The notes under the pieces: generated by a model
The model's input: the letters and a program-made list of their open reading frames with translations, nothing else
Told to the model about the DNA's origin: nothing
Databases searched by the model: none
Program-made: the position numbers and the translations under genes
Shown: positions 56,448 to 64,000 of the stretch, piece by piece
How positions within the stretch are numbered: position 1 is the stretch's first letter
Layout: each line of letters starts with the position of its first letter
Origin: an uncultured Muribaculaceae bacterium
GTDB taxonomy: Bacteria; Bacteroidota; Bacteroidia; Bacteroidales; Muribaculaceae
Length of the DNA: 64,000 nt
Direction: 5' to 3'
Assembly: GCA_944321875.1 (NCBI GenBank)
Contig: CALUMX010000013.1
Coordinates: 2,816 to 66,815 of the forward strand

Positions 56448-59400
56448 TTATTCTCCTGCTACGGCGATGCGCTGGGTGATTGCCGAAGCCTCGCCGCCGT
56501 CGGTCCACACTTCGGCGCGGTAGAGGTAGATGCCTCTCGTCACGCGGCGGCCGCTTCCGTCGGTCAGGTCCCAGGTGATGGGTGACGACGTGAACATGTC
56601 GCTGCGGCCCTTCTTCTCGGCTGTCCAGACTGACTGGCCGAGCATGTTGTAGACGGTCAGGCGCACGTTGAGCAGCGCATCCGGCCGGTTATGCTCGATG
56701 TAGAAGTCGGCCGATGTCTTTGCCGGATTGGCGGTCGTGTAGATGCGGAAAAGTTGCGGACGCTGGCCTTTCTCGACGTTGAACGAGATGGTCTTTTCCG
56801 ACATATTGCCCAGCACGTCCCAGAGGCGCAGGCGCATCGTGTGGCTGCCGGGTGCCAGCTCGTCAAGCTGGTAGTTGAGGTGGCCCACCTTTTCCGTATC
56901 CTGTGAGTAGAAACTTTCCATGCCGGTGATGGACGTGCGTCCGTCGATGGTCAGGACGATGTTGTGGCCGATGTCGATGCTTGACAGGTTGATGCCCGAC
57001 TCATCGTAGAAGGAAGCGACGAGGAACGGTGTCTCGTTGACGGTGTCGCCGTCCTTGAAGCCCGCATTGTTGAGATACATGGTGCGGATTTCCGGGCCTG
57101 TCACGTCGTCGGATGCCGACTCGTCGATGCCGTAGACGTAGAACTGCTCGTTCTTGCCGATGGCGTCGTAGTTGTCGGACTGCGCATAGAGGCTAATCAT
57201 GGCCGGCGTGTAGTTGTTGACGATGGCCGATGGCATCTTGAACGAGAGCTGGAACTCACCGTTCTTTACGGAGTCGGTGCCGAGGTAGAGCCGGTTGGTA
57301 TGCTCCTGATAGGTGACGACTGCACCTTCCGTGCCGTTGTCGCCGTTGCCGTGGGTCGAAACGGACTGTTCGGCGTCATAGACGGAGACGGAGAGCAGAC
57401 CGGAGAAGTCGTCGAGCTTCTTGCCGCTCTTGTCGGTGACGTAGCCCTTGAACACCACGTTCTCACGGGCTTTTATCTCCGGCATGTTGTCGGGGTCGGG
57501 TGTCTGGTCGTTGATGGAAGTGACCTGAACGCCCCCTTCCGGATATTTCAGGCGCAGTGCCGGGTCGCCGAGCAGGACGTAGCGCATGCTGTGGTCGGCA
57601 TACTGGCTGTATTCCTTGTCGTTCTTGGAACGCTTCATGATGTCGCCGAGGCGCGGCATCTCACCGTTTGTCAGCGGCGAGAACACATAGCGCGAGAGGC
57701 AGTCGGCATAGCGGCCGTTGGAGTCGATGCCGGTCACGCGCGAGGAGGTAATCATGGCGATGGTGCCTCCGTCGGGGTTGAGCAGCAGCAGTTCGCCGCC
57801 CGACACGGAAGGCGCGTCCCAGCGGGTGAACTCGCAGGTGCCTGTATAGAGCAGCGGGTAGTTGCGGTAGTAGAACTCATTCTCAATGTCCTGCCAGCGC
57901 AACAGCTCGTTGTGTGTCCAGGAGTAGGGGTTGGCGTGGCCGAGGTAGGCGGCATAGATGACGCCCTCGCGGAAACGGCGCAGCATTTCGTTCTTTGCAT
58001 CGGGATAGGAGTGTCCGGCACCCGATGATTCCTGATTGTAGGCATCGAGATAGATGCGTTTCACGACGTAGTCGCCTCCGCCGTTGCTGCCGAGCGAGCT
58101 GACGGCTTTCTCCATCCACTTCATGTGGCTGCCCGTATCGCCGTCGTCGGCAATCATCATGACGTTGGTGCGCCAGTCTCCGGTATTGTCTGAGGTGGCA
58201 TAGCGGTAGATTTTGTCGACCATCTCAGCTGCCTCCGTGGCATCCTTGACCGGCAGTCGGCCGATGCCGATGCACATTTCGCGTGCCGTATAGCGGGAGG
58301 CATCGGAGCCGTCGACCAGGTAGCCGAACACGTCGTCGGCGTTGAGGCTTGACGACTCGCTGTCGCAGTCGTAGGATTCCCATGTGAGCAGTGTGGGGTA
58401 TTTCACGGTCGATACCGCTGATGAGAGCCGGCGGTTGTCGAAAACGGAACGGCCGAAGAGCAGCAGATAGCGGAACCGTTCAGGACTGTATTCGTCCTTG
58501 TCGGCACTGCGGTCCCACCACATTTTGGCAATCTTGCGGTAAGCCATCACGTCGGGAGTACCGGATGAGAATTCGTTGTAGACGGCCTCGTCGGTCACCA
58601 CTTCCACCTTGAAGCCATCGGTGGTGCGGTGAAGCTCAGCCAGCCGTTCGGCCTCGCTTCGGAAGGCGCTGGGCGTGATGATGAGCATTGTAGGAGTTTC
58701 CTTGCCGTGCAGGTTCTGGTTGGCAACGTTTTCCGCCTTTTTGGGTGACGGGAATATGGAAGAGGGATTGAAAGCTATGTATTCGCGAATGCCGCTTTCC
58801 GTCTGGCGGAACTGGGCATTGCTTCCGCTCATCCCGAATTTGACCGACTTGGGTGCGTACGGAACTGTGACGTCCCATATCTTCTGGCTTTCTGTGAAGT
58901 TGGAAACGACAAAGGTGCTGTCGGTGCAGCGGGCTGACGTGCTTCGGAAGTCCATGGATTTGTCCAGCATCTTCAACTGTCGGCGGTAGTTGACGGTGAT
59001 GTAGTCAAGGTTGGCAAACGAGACGCTTCCCGACGGTTTGAAAGCAAGGTCAAGGTCCAGAATTTCAGAGTTGTATCCCGCAATGTTTCCTTTGGAGGTG
59101 ACGGTGCGGCCGATGGCATACGAGCCGGATGTGCTCATGATGTTTGATTCGCTGACCTTAGAACCATCCTTCGTGGTTACCGAAAGCCGTGACGTGCCGC
59201 TGGTGGCCGCCATGAAGCGGGTCGTAACCGAAACGGTGGACGAAGGAACGATGTCAGGAAGCTCGAATTTGAAAGACTGGGTCTGCTTGAACTTGAAATC
59301 CTCGCCGAGCAGCGTACGGCCTGTGGTGGCCGGTGCCACTTCCTCCAACTCATGATAGAGGCGGGCGGGGAAATCGGTGATGTTTTTTCCGTTGCCTGCG

Positions 59401-59864
59401 TTGCTGCCTGTCTCCTCCATCGGAAGTGACGGCAGGTCCTCGCGGTCGGTGATAAAGTAGTAGGCTTTGGTCGAGTAGGGGTTCTGCTGTTGGATGTAGG
59501 AGCTGCCGCTTTGTTTCCAGTCGACGGGGCCTTGCGCGTAGAAGATGATTTTGTCCTTTTCGCGGAGCACGCGCACTTGTGGCAGGTCGTCGGTATATCC
59601 GATACCCTCGCCCATGACTTCTGAAATCATGGCGCCTCCATAACCGTAAATCTTCACGGCATTGATGTCGCCGAAGCCCCATCCGGCGAGCGTGGAGCGA
59701 GTCAGCTGGTAGATGCCGCTCTCTTCAATCTCTATTTTAACCCATTTGCCCTGAGCCAGTACCGACTCGGCGGCATAGTCGGCGGCGTTGGCCTGCAGCA
59801 AGCCGCCTGTCACGAAGGCCAGTGCCAGCAGTAGGTGGTAATATATTCTGTAACGTAGTCGCAT
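56448..59864 (-). CDS. Second PorU-like C25-family peptidase (paralog, 1138 aa from the ATG at 59864)
   Basis: ORF 56448..60107. I chose the start MRLRYRIYYHLLLALAFVTGGLLQANA because it is a signal peptide. It is colinear with the porU above (GKWVKIEIEESGIYQLT, DDLPQVRVLREKDKIIFYAQG). The dyad context is AYLGHANPYS and LLYTGTCEFTRWD, and the tail is CTD-like. Confidence 0.75.
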   Translation of the reverse strand: MRLRYRIYYHLLLALAFVTGGLLQANAADYAAESVLAQGKWVKIEIEESGIYQLTRSTLAGWGFGDINAVKIYGYGGAMISEVMGEGIGYTDDLPQVRVLREKDKIIFYAQGPVDWKQSGSSYIQQQNPYSTKAYYFITDREDLPSLPMEETGSNAGNGKNITDFPARLYHELEEVAPATTGRTLLGEDFKFKQTQSFKFELPDIVPSSTVSVTTRFMAATSGTSRLSVTTKDGSKVSESNIMSTSGSYAIGRTVTSKGNIAGYNSEILDLDLAFKPSGSVSFANLDYITVNYRRQLKMLDKSMDFRSTSARCTDSTFVVSNFTESQKIWDVTVPYAPKSVKFGMSGSNAQFRQTESGIREYIAFNPSSIFPSPKKAENVANQNLHGKETPTMLIITPSAFRSEAERLAELHRTTDGFKVEVVTDEAVYNEFSSGTPDVMAYRKIAKMWWDRSADKDEYSPERFRYLLLFGRSVFDNRRLSSAVSTVKYPTLLTWESYDCDSESSSLNADDVFGYLVDGSDASRYTAREMCIGIGRLPVKDATEAAEMVDKIYRYATSDNTGDWRTNVMMIADDGDTGSHMKWMEKAVSSLGSNGGGDYVVKRIYLDAYNQESSGAGHSYPDAKNEMLRRFREGVIYAAYLGHANPYSWTHNELLRWQDIENEFYYRNYPLLYTGTCEFTRWDAPSVSGGELLLLNPDGGTIAMITSSRVTGIDSNGRYADCLSRYVFSPLTNGEMPRLGDIMKRSKNDKEYSQYADHSMRYVLLGDPALRLKYPEGGVQVTSINDQTPDPDNMPEIKARENVVFKGYVTDKSGKKLDDFSGLLSVSVYDAEQSVSTHGNGDNGTEGAVVTYQEHTNRLYLGTDSVKNGEFQLSFKMPSAIVNNYTPAMISLYAQSDNYDAIGKNEQFYVYGIDESASDDVTGPEIRTMYLNNAGFKDGDTVNETPFLVASFYDESGINLSSIDIGHNIVLTIDGRTSITGMESFYSQDTEKVGHLNYQLDELAPGSHTMRLRLWDVLGNMSEKTISFNVEKGQRPQLFRIYTTANPAKTSADFYIEHNRPDALLNVRLTVYNMLGQSVWTAEKKGRSDMFTSSPITWDLTDGSGRRVTRGIYLYRAEVWTDGGEASAITQRIAVAGE

Positions 59865-59976
59865 TGTATCAATTTTCTGGTGGATTCGGGCGTAATATCC
59901 CTGCCAAGTTATAAACGTAGAAAATTGTAAATTATTGCATCCTTTTTGCAGGTGGAGGGATGTGATGGCGGTGGAA

Positions 59977-60738
59977 TTATTGCCTGATTTTCGCCGCTTC
60001 GGAAAATTCGTAGCGTGTCCGGCTGACAAAGGTGTCCCATTCGGTGCTGTCGCCGCAGAACACGTTGAGGTCGACATCGCCCGGAATGCCGGAGATTTGT
60101 CCCACATGGCTGTATTGCCAGATGGTCCACTGGTAGGTCGTGTCGGGTTTTGAGAAGGTGCAGAGCCATAGCGGACAGTCGTGGAAGCGTCCGCTAATCA
60201 GGTCTTTATGCGTGCTTTTGTTGGTGTAGACGATGACCGGGTAGTGGCGTGCTTTCAGGTGGTCAATCATGTTGCGCAGCTCGCGGGATGCCGGGCTTTT
60301 GAAAAATACCCACGGGTTGCCGGAGTTCTCAACGTCGATGGCCAACGGCAGCGACAGGTCCTTGCCTTTGACGGCATCCAGAAAGTTTTCGGCCTGCTGA
60401 CGGCCGGTCACGTCGTAGCGGAAAAAGTGGTAGGCGCCCACTTTGAATCCGGCTTTGCTGGCGTTCTCGTAGTTGTCGTTGAATTTGGCGTCGCGGAATG
60501 TGGCGCCTTCCGAAGCCTTGATGAGCACAAAATCCAGGTTGTCGGCCTTGGCCGTTGCAAAGTCGATTTCTCCGTTGTGAGCCGATATGTCAATGCCGTA
60601 GACGTTGTAGTTGCTGACATTGGCCAGCGGCACGATGGCTGAGGCCCTGTTGTACATGTACTCTTTATAGCCTACAAACAGCATGAAGAGCAACGACAGG
60701 ACAATAATCAGTCTTATATGTGCCAGCCTCAGAGACAT
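59977..60738 (-). CDS. GH25-family lysozyme (muramidase) with an N-terminal membrane anchor
   Basis: YGIDISAHNGEIDF ... FVLIKASEG ... GAYHFF ... WQYS. Confidence 0.85.
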   Translation of the reverse strand: MSLRLAHIRLIIVLSLLFMLFVGYKEYMYNRASAIVPLANVSNYNVYGIDISAHNGEIDFATAKADNLDFVLIKASEGATFRDAKFNDNYENASKAGFKVGAYHFFRYDVTGRQQAENFLDAVKGKDLSLPLAIDVENSGNPWVFFKSPASRELRNMIDHLKARHYPVIVYTNKSTHKDLISGRFHDCPLWLCTFSKPDTTYQWTIWQYSHVGQISGIPGDVDLNVFCGDSTEWDTFVSRTRYEFSEAAKIRQ

Positions 60739-60752
60739 CGTTGCGGAGCGGT

Positions 60753-61562
60753 TTATTTTTCAACCTTGACCAGTGATTGCGCCTTGAAGGAACGGTAGTG
60801 GATGGTTTCCACGAGGAAGGGCTTGATTTTCTCATAGTCCTCCTTGCTCATGTAGTCCTTCAGCGTCAGAGTGAGCGTCATGTCGCCGGAATTGTCGAAG
60901 TTCATCCGGTAGAGCAGGAAATCAACCAGTTTGGCGAGGTCTTTTTTCTGCTTGCGTCCCTCTTTAGTCAGAAAATCATTCAGCGTCGGCTTTTTCCAGA
61001 AAGATTCGAGCTTGTACTCGTCGCCGTTGCTGTTGAAGATGCGCATGTCGCTTGACTCGGCCGGCAGGGCTACGGTGGTGACGGCGGCATACAGCACGGT
61101 CTCTCCCTTGTCGTTCAGGTAGTTGACCAGTTCGACGGAGGAGTTCTCGCCGATGCGGATGACCATGCGTTCCACTTTCAGCTTGCCCGACGTTCCGTAA
61201 CCGATTTCAGCAATCCATGTCTCGTCGTTCGTGCGGGTAGTCGACTTGTGGTCGCTGTGGTTGATGTAATACTCCACCATGTCGAGCCGTGTGGTCGGGT
61301 CGATGATGTCGAGGGCCGGCAGACGGAAGATGTTGCTGTGGAAAGCGTCGGTCATGACCGGTCGTTCTATCGGAGCGGCGGCCGTCTTCTCCGTTGCCGT
61401 GCGGGCCTGTTCAGAAAGCTGTTCGGGGCTTACGACCTTCACTTCCATGATTGTATCCATTTCGGCCTCAGGAGTCGAGAGAAAGTTTTGCGGAGAGCCG
61501 GCGGCGAATGCCGCAGAGGCCATGCAGGCAACAGCCGTGGCCATCAAGAGTCGGAGTGCCAT
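60753..61562 (-). CDS. Secreted hypothetical protein (possibly DUF3256-like)
   Basis: Signal peptide. LPALDIIDPTTRLDMVEYY recalls DUF3256, but this is a weak assignment made from memory only. Confidence 0.45.
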   Translation of the reverse strand: MALRLLMATAVACMASAAFAAGSPQNFLSTPEAEMDTIMEVKVVSPEQLSEQARTATEKTAAAPIERPVMTDAFHSNIFRLPALDIIDPTTRLDMVEYYINHSDHKSTTRTNDETWIAEIGYGTSGKLKVERMVIRIGENSSVELVNYLNDKGETVLYAAVTTVALPAESSDMRIFNSNGDEYKLESFWKKPTLNDFLTKEGRKQKKDLAKLVDFLLYRMNFDNSGDMTLTLTLKDYMSKEDYEKIKPFLVETIHYRSFKAQSLVKVEK

Positions 61563-61568
61563 AATGCT

Positions 61569-63317
61569 TTATTTTGATTTTTTGTTTTTACGTTTCTTGA
61601 ATTTGCTGAAGTTGTCGTCATCGTCCTTGCGCTTACCCTTGCTGTTGGATTTCCGCTCGGAGGCATGCTCGTAGTCGCGGTTGGGGTCGGCGATTTCCGA
61701 GTAGAGGCGTTTGCCGAAATAGCGTGCGTTCTTCAGCGCGGCTACGGCTTTCCGGCCTTCGCCCTTGCGCACGTCGAACAGCGCATAGTTGTTGAAAAGG
61801 TCGATGCGGCCGATTTCGACGCGTCCGTCCATGTTCTGGTTGAGCGTGTCGATGAGGCGGGCAGGGTAGAATCCGTCGGCCTTTCCGGCGTTGACGTAGA
61901 CGCGCTCAAAGCCTTTTTCGGCTACGCGGCGGTCCTTGTCGGCGCGCTGTGCGGTCTTGGCGTTCTTCTCTGCTTTCTTCGGCTTCTTTTCCTCATAGTC
62001 GATTACCTCAGGAGCGTCCTTGTAGTAGTCGAGTAGGCGGTTGAACTCCAGCGAGACGATGCGCTTCAGCAGGTCGTTCTCGGAGAGCCATTCGAGTTTG
62101 CGCACGATGCCCGGCAGGTATTTCTCGATTTCCTCTTCGTTGACTTTCACTCGCTCGATGCGGTCGGCCAGGTTGTAGAGCTGTTTCTCGATGATGCGCT
62201 GCGGAGTCGGGACAGTGCCTTTCTCAAACTCCTTCTGTATCTTCTTCTCAATCTCGCGGAGCTTTGATTTCTCGCGGGAGTGGATGATGGCGATGGACAC
62301 ACCCGTCTTTCCGGCGCGTCCGGTACGTCCGCTGCGGTGCGTGTAGGTGGCAGGGTCATCGGGCAGTCCGTAGTTGATGACGTGCGTCAGGCTGTCGACG
62401 TCGAGACCGCGTGCGGCAACATCGGTGGCGACAAGCAGTTGGAGCGTACGCTCGCGGAATTTCTTCATCACCGTGTCGCGCTGCATCTGCGAGAGGTCGC
62501 CGTGCAGGGCGTCGACGTTGTAGCCGTCGGCGATGAGGTTGTCGGCGATTTCCTGCGTGTCGCGGCGCGTGCGGCAGAAGATGATACCGTATATGTTGGG
62601 GTTGGAGTCTGCGATTCGCTTCAGCGCCAGGTATTTGTCCTTGGCGTTGACCATGTAGTAGACGTGCTTCACGTTCTGCGCTCCCTCGTTGCGGGTACCG
62701 ATGACAAACTCCTGCGGGTTGTGCATGTAGTTTTTCGCGATTTTCGCGATTTCATCGGGCATGGTAGCCGAGAAGAGAAGCATCTTGCGTTCCTCCGGCA
62801 CATTCTCCAATATGGCATTGATGTCGTCGAGAAATCCCATGTTGAGCATCTCGTCGGCCTCGTCGAGGATAACTGTGTGTACGGCCGACAGGTTGACGAC
62901 TCCGCGGTTAATCAGGTCGAGCAGGCGGCCGGGAGTGGCCACGATGATGTGTACCCCCTGACGCAGGCTGCGTATCTGGCTCTCGATGCTTGAGCCGCCA
63001 TAGACGGGCAGCACTTTCAGGTCCTTGGTGTACTTGGAGAAATCGGCCAGGTCTCCGCCGATTTGCAGGCAGAGCTCGCGGGTAGGAGAGATGATAAGAG
63101 CCTGTGGCTGACGCAGGGAAGTGTCGGTGCGCTGGATGACGGGCAGTCCGAATGCCGCTGTCTTTCCGGTGCCGGTCTGGGCAAGGGCCACAACGTCGCC
63201 GTCTTCGTGCAGCAAGTGGGGGATTACACGTTCCTGTACGGGCATCGGGCTTTCAAATCCCATTTCCATGATGGCCATCAGCAGGTCTTCTCTTACTCCT
63301 AACTCTTCAAATGTCAT
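61569..63317 (-). CDS. DEAD-box ATP-dependent RNA helicase (DeaD/CsdA-like) with a DbpA-type C-terminal domain and a Lys-rich tail
   Basis: Q-motif, AQTGTGKT, DEAD (ILDEADEM), SAT, HRSGRTGRAG. Confidence 0.9.
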   Translation of the reverse strand: MTFEELGVREDLLMAIMEMGFESPMPVQERVIPHLLHEDGDVVALAQTGTGKTAAFGLPVIQRTDTSLRQPQALIISPTRELCLQIGGDLADFSKYTKDLKVLPVYGGSSIESQIRSLRQGVHIIVATPGRLLDLINRGVVNLSAVHTVILDEADEMLNMGFLDDINAILENVPEERKMLLFSATMPDEIAKIAKNYMHNPQEFVIGTRNEGAQNVKHVYYMVNAKDKYLALKRIADSNPNIYGIIFCRTRRDTQEIADNLIADGYNVDALHGDLSQMQRDTVMKKFRERTLQLLVATDVAARGLDVDSLTHVINYGLPDDPATYTHRSGRTGRAGKTGVSIAIIHSREKSKLREIEKKIQKEFEKGTVPTPQRIIEKQLYNLADRIERVKVNEEEIEKYLPGIVRKLEWLSENDLLKRIVSLEFNRLLDYYKDAPEVIDYEEKKPKKAEKNAKTAQRADKDRRVAEKGFERVYVNAGKADGFYPARLIDTLNQNMDGRVEIGRIDLFNNYALFDVRKGEGRKAVAALKNARYFGKRLYSEIADPNRDYEHASERKSNSKGKRKDDDDNFSKFKKRKNKKSK

Positions 63318-63372
63318 ATATATGTCTGTTCTGTTATTTCCGGCAGGTTTGCCCGGAGGGTTGTTATACTTG

Positions 63373-63380
63373 CAAATTTA
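63373..63380 (-). promoter_or_regulatory. -7 box (taaatttg on the minus strand) for the DEAD-box helicase
   Basis: Plus-strand caaattta is an exact TAnnTTTG match about 55 nt upstream of the ATG. Confidence 0.4.
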
Positions 63381-63432
63381 AAATCTTTGCGCGTAACGGC
63401 AAAGAAAAGGCTTGTCTTTTGATGACAAGAAA

Positions 63433-63468
63433 GGCAGGGTGGCCTTGACGTAGCGCCTCCACCCTGCC
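63433..63468 (-). terminator. Terminator of asnS
   Basis: 10-bp stem ggcagggtgg / ccaccctgcc with a 16-nt loop, about 50 nt downstream of the asnS stop. Confidence 0.55.
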
Positions 63469-63520
63469 GTTCGTATTTTTATTTACGTTGTCTGTAGAAT
63501 TGTCTTGTCCGTGTGCGCGA

Positions 63521-64000
63521 TTAGAACTCGCAGTTGTTCGGAGTGCGCGGGAACGGAATCACGTCGCGGATGTTGGTCATGCCGGTTACGAACAGCACGA
63601 GGCGCTCAAAGCCGAGGCCGAATCCTGCGTGAGGCACTGTGCCGAAGCGGCGTGTGTCGAGATACCACCACATATCCTTCATCGGGATGCCGAGCTCGTT
63701 GATGCGAGTCTCGAGTTTCTCGTAGTTCTCCTCACGTTCTGAACCGCCGATAATCTCGCCGATTTTCGGGAAGAGCACGTCCATGGCGCGTACGGTCTTG
63801 CCGTCTTCGTTCTGCTTCATGTAGAAGGCCTTGATTTCCTTCGGATAGTCAGTCAGGATAACCGGCTTCTTGAAGTGCTCCTCTACGAGGAAGCGCTCAT
63901 GCTCGCTCTGGAGGTCTGCGCCCCAGAATACCGGGAATTCGAACTTGTGGCCGGATTCCTCGAGAATCTTGATACCCTCAGTGTAGGTGAGGCGTACGAA
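63521..64000 (-). CDS. asnS: Asparagine--tRNA ligase; 5' end lies outside the window
   Basis: Class II motif 3 region GGSEREE ... [16 protein letters not shown] ... [11 protein letters not shown]. The frame stays open to the window edge. Confidence 0.9.
   Translation of the reverse strand, partial: FVRLTYTEGIKILEESGHKFEFPVFWGADLQSEHERFLVEEHFKKPVILTDYPKEIKAFYMKQNEDGKTVRAMDVLFPKIGEIIGGSEREENYEKLETRINELGIPMKDMWWYLDTRRFGTVPHAGFGLGFERLVLFVTGMTNIRDVIPFPRTPNNCEF

Noticed and set aside
59865-60107. 81-codon N-terminal extension of the second porU-like ORF
   Set aside because: The extension overlaps the 3' end of the GH25 gene and has no signal peptide. The internal ATG at 59864 gives a canonical signal peptide aligned with the other PorU.
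1-64000. CRISPR arrays, rRNA, tRNA, tmRNA, RNase P and SRP RNA
   Set aside because: I scanned the intergenic regions by eye. No regularly spaced direct repeats were found, and none of the conserved RNA signature sequences I know were seen. A covariance-model scan would be needed to be certain.

Overview
This 64-kb chromosomal segment looks like a Bacteroidota genome, probably Bacteroidales. Three things support that: type IX secretion genes (porV, two porU-like genes, one cargo protein with a T9SS C-terminal sorting domain); Bacteroides-type TAnnTTTG -7 promoter boxes upstream of many starts; and few Shine-Dalgarno sequences. Hand-counted 60-nt lines in core genes give about 52% GC. I call about 50 protein genes, mostly housekeeping: S41 protease, coaD, parE, pnp, trpS, ddh, dgt, mltG, alkaline phosphatase, rplM-rpsI-rpsB-tsf, rpsA, hflX, pepD, ispF, rex, a DEAD-box helicase and asnS. 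There are also envelope and secreted proteins of unknown function. I saw no rRNA, tRNA, CRISPR array, transposase or integrase. The main anomaly is an AT-rich insertion of about 3.8 kb at roughly 32.75-36.6 kb, where hand-counted lines give 25-30% GC. It sits between the convergent terminators of tsf and a T9SS cargo gene. It carries a heavily decayed DUF2493/SLOG-like pseudogene and an intact, 4-nt-overlapping pair: a McrB-family AAA+ GTPase and a McrC/LlaJI-R2-like PD-(D/E)xK nuclease. No methyltransferase is present. The ATPase has an N-terminal domain of about 185 aa that I cannot place, and an insertion of about 120 aa inside the AAA+ core. This is my best candidate for a new variant of a modification-dependent defence module. 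Secondary observations are: two full-length PorU (C25 sortase) paralogs; a translationally coupled rex/unknown/porU(-porV-ispF) string; an orphan promoter-sORF-terminator unit; a Gly/Pro tandem-repeat secreted protein; and two gene remnants. All family assignments come from reading motifs by eye. No database search was run.
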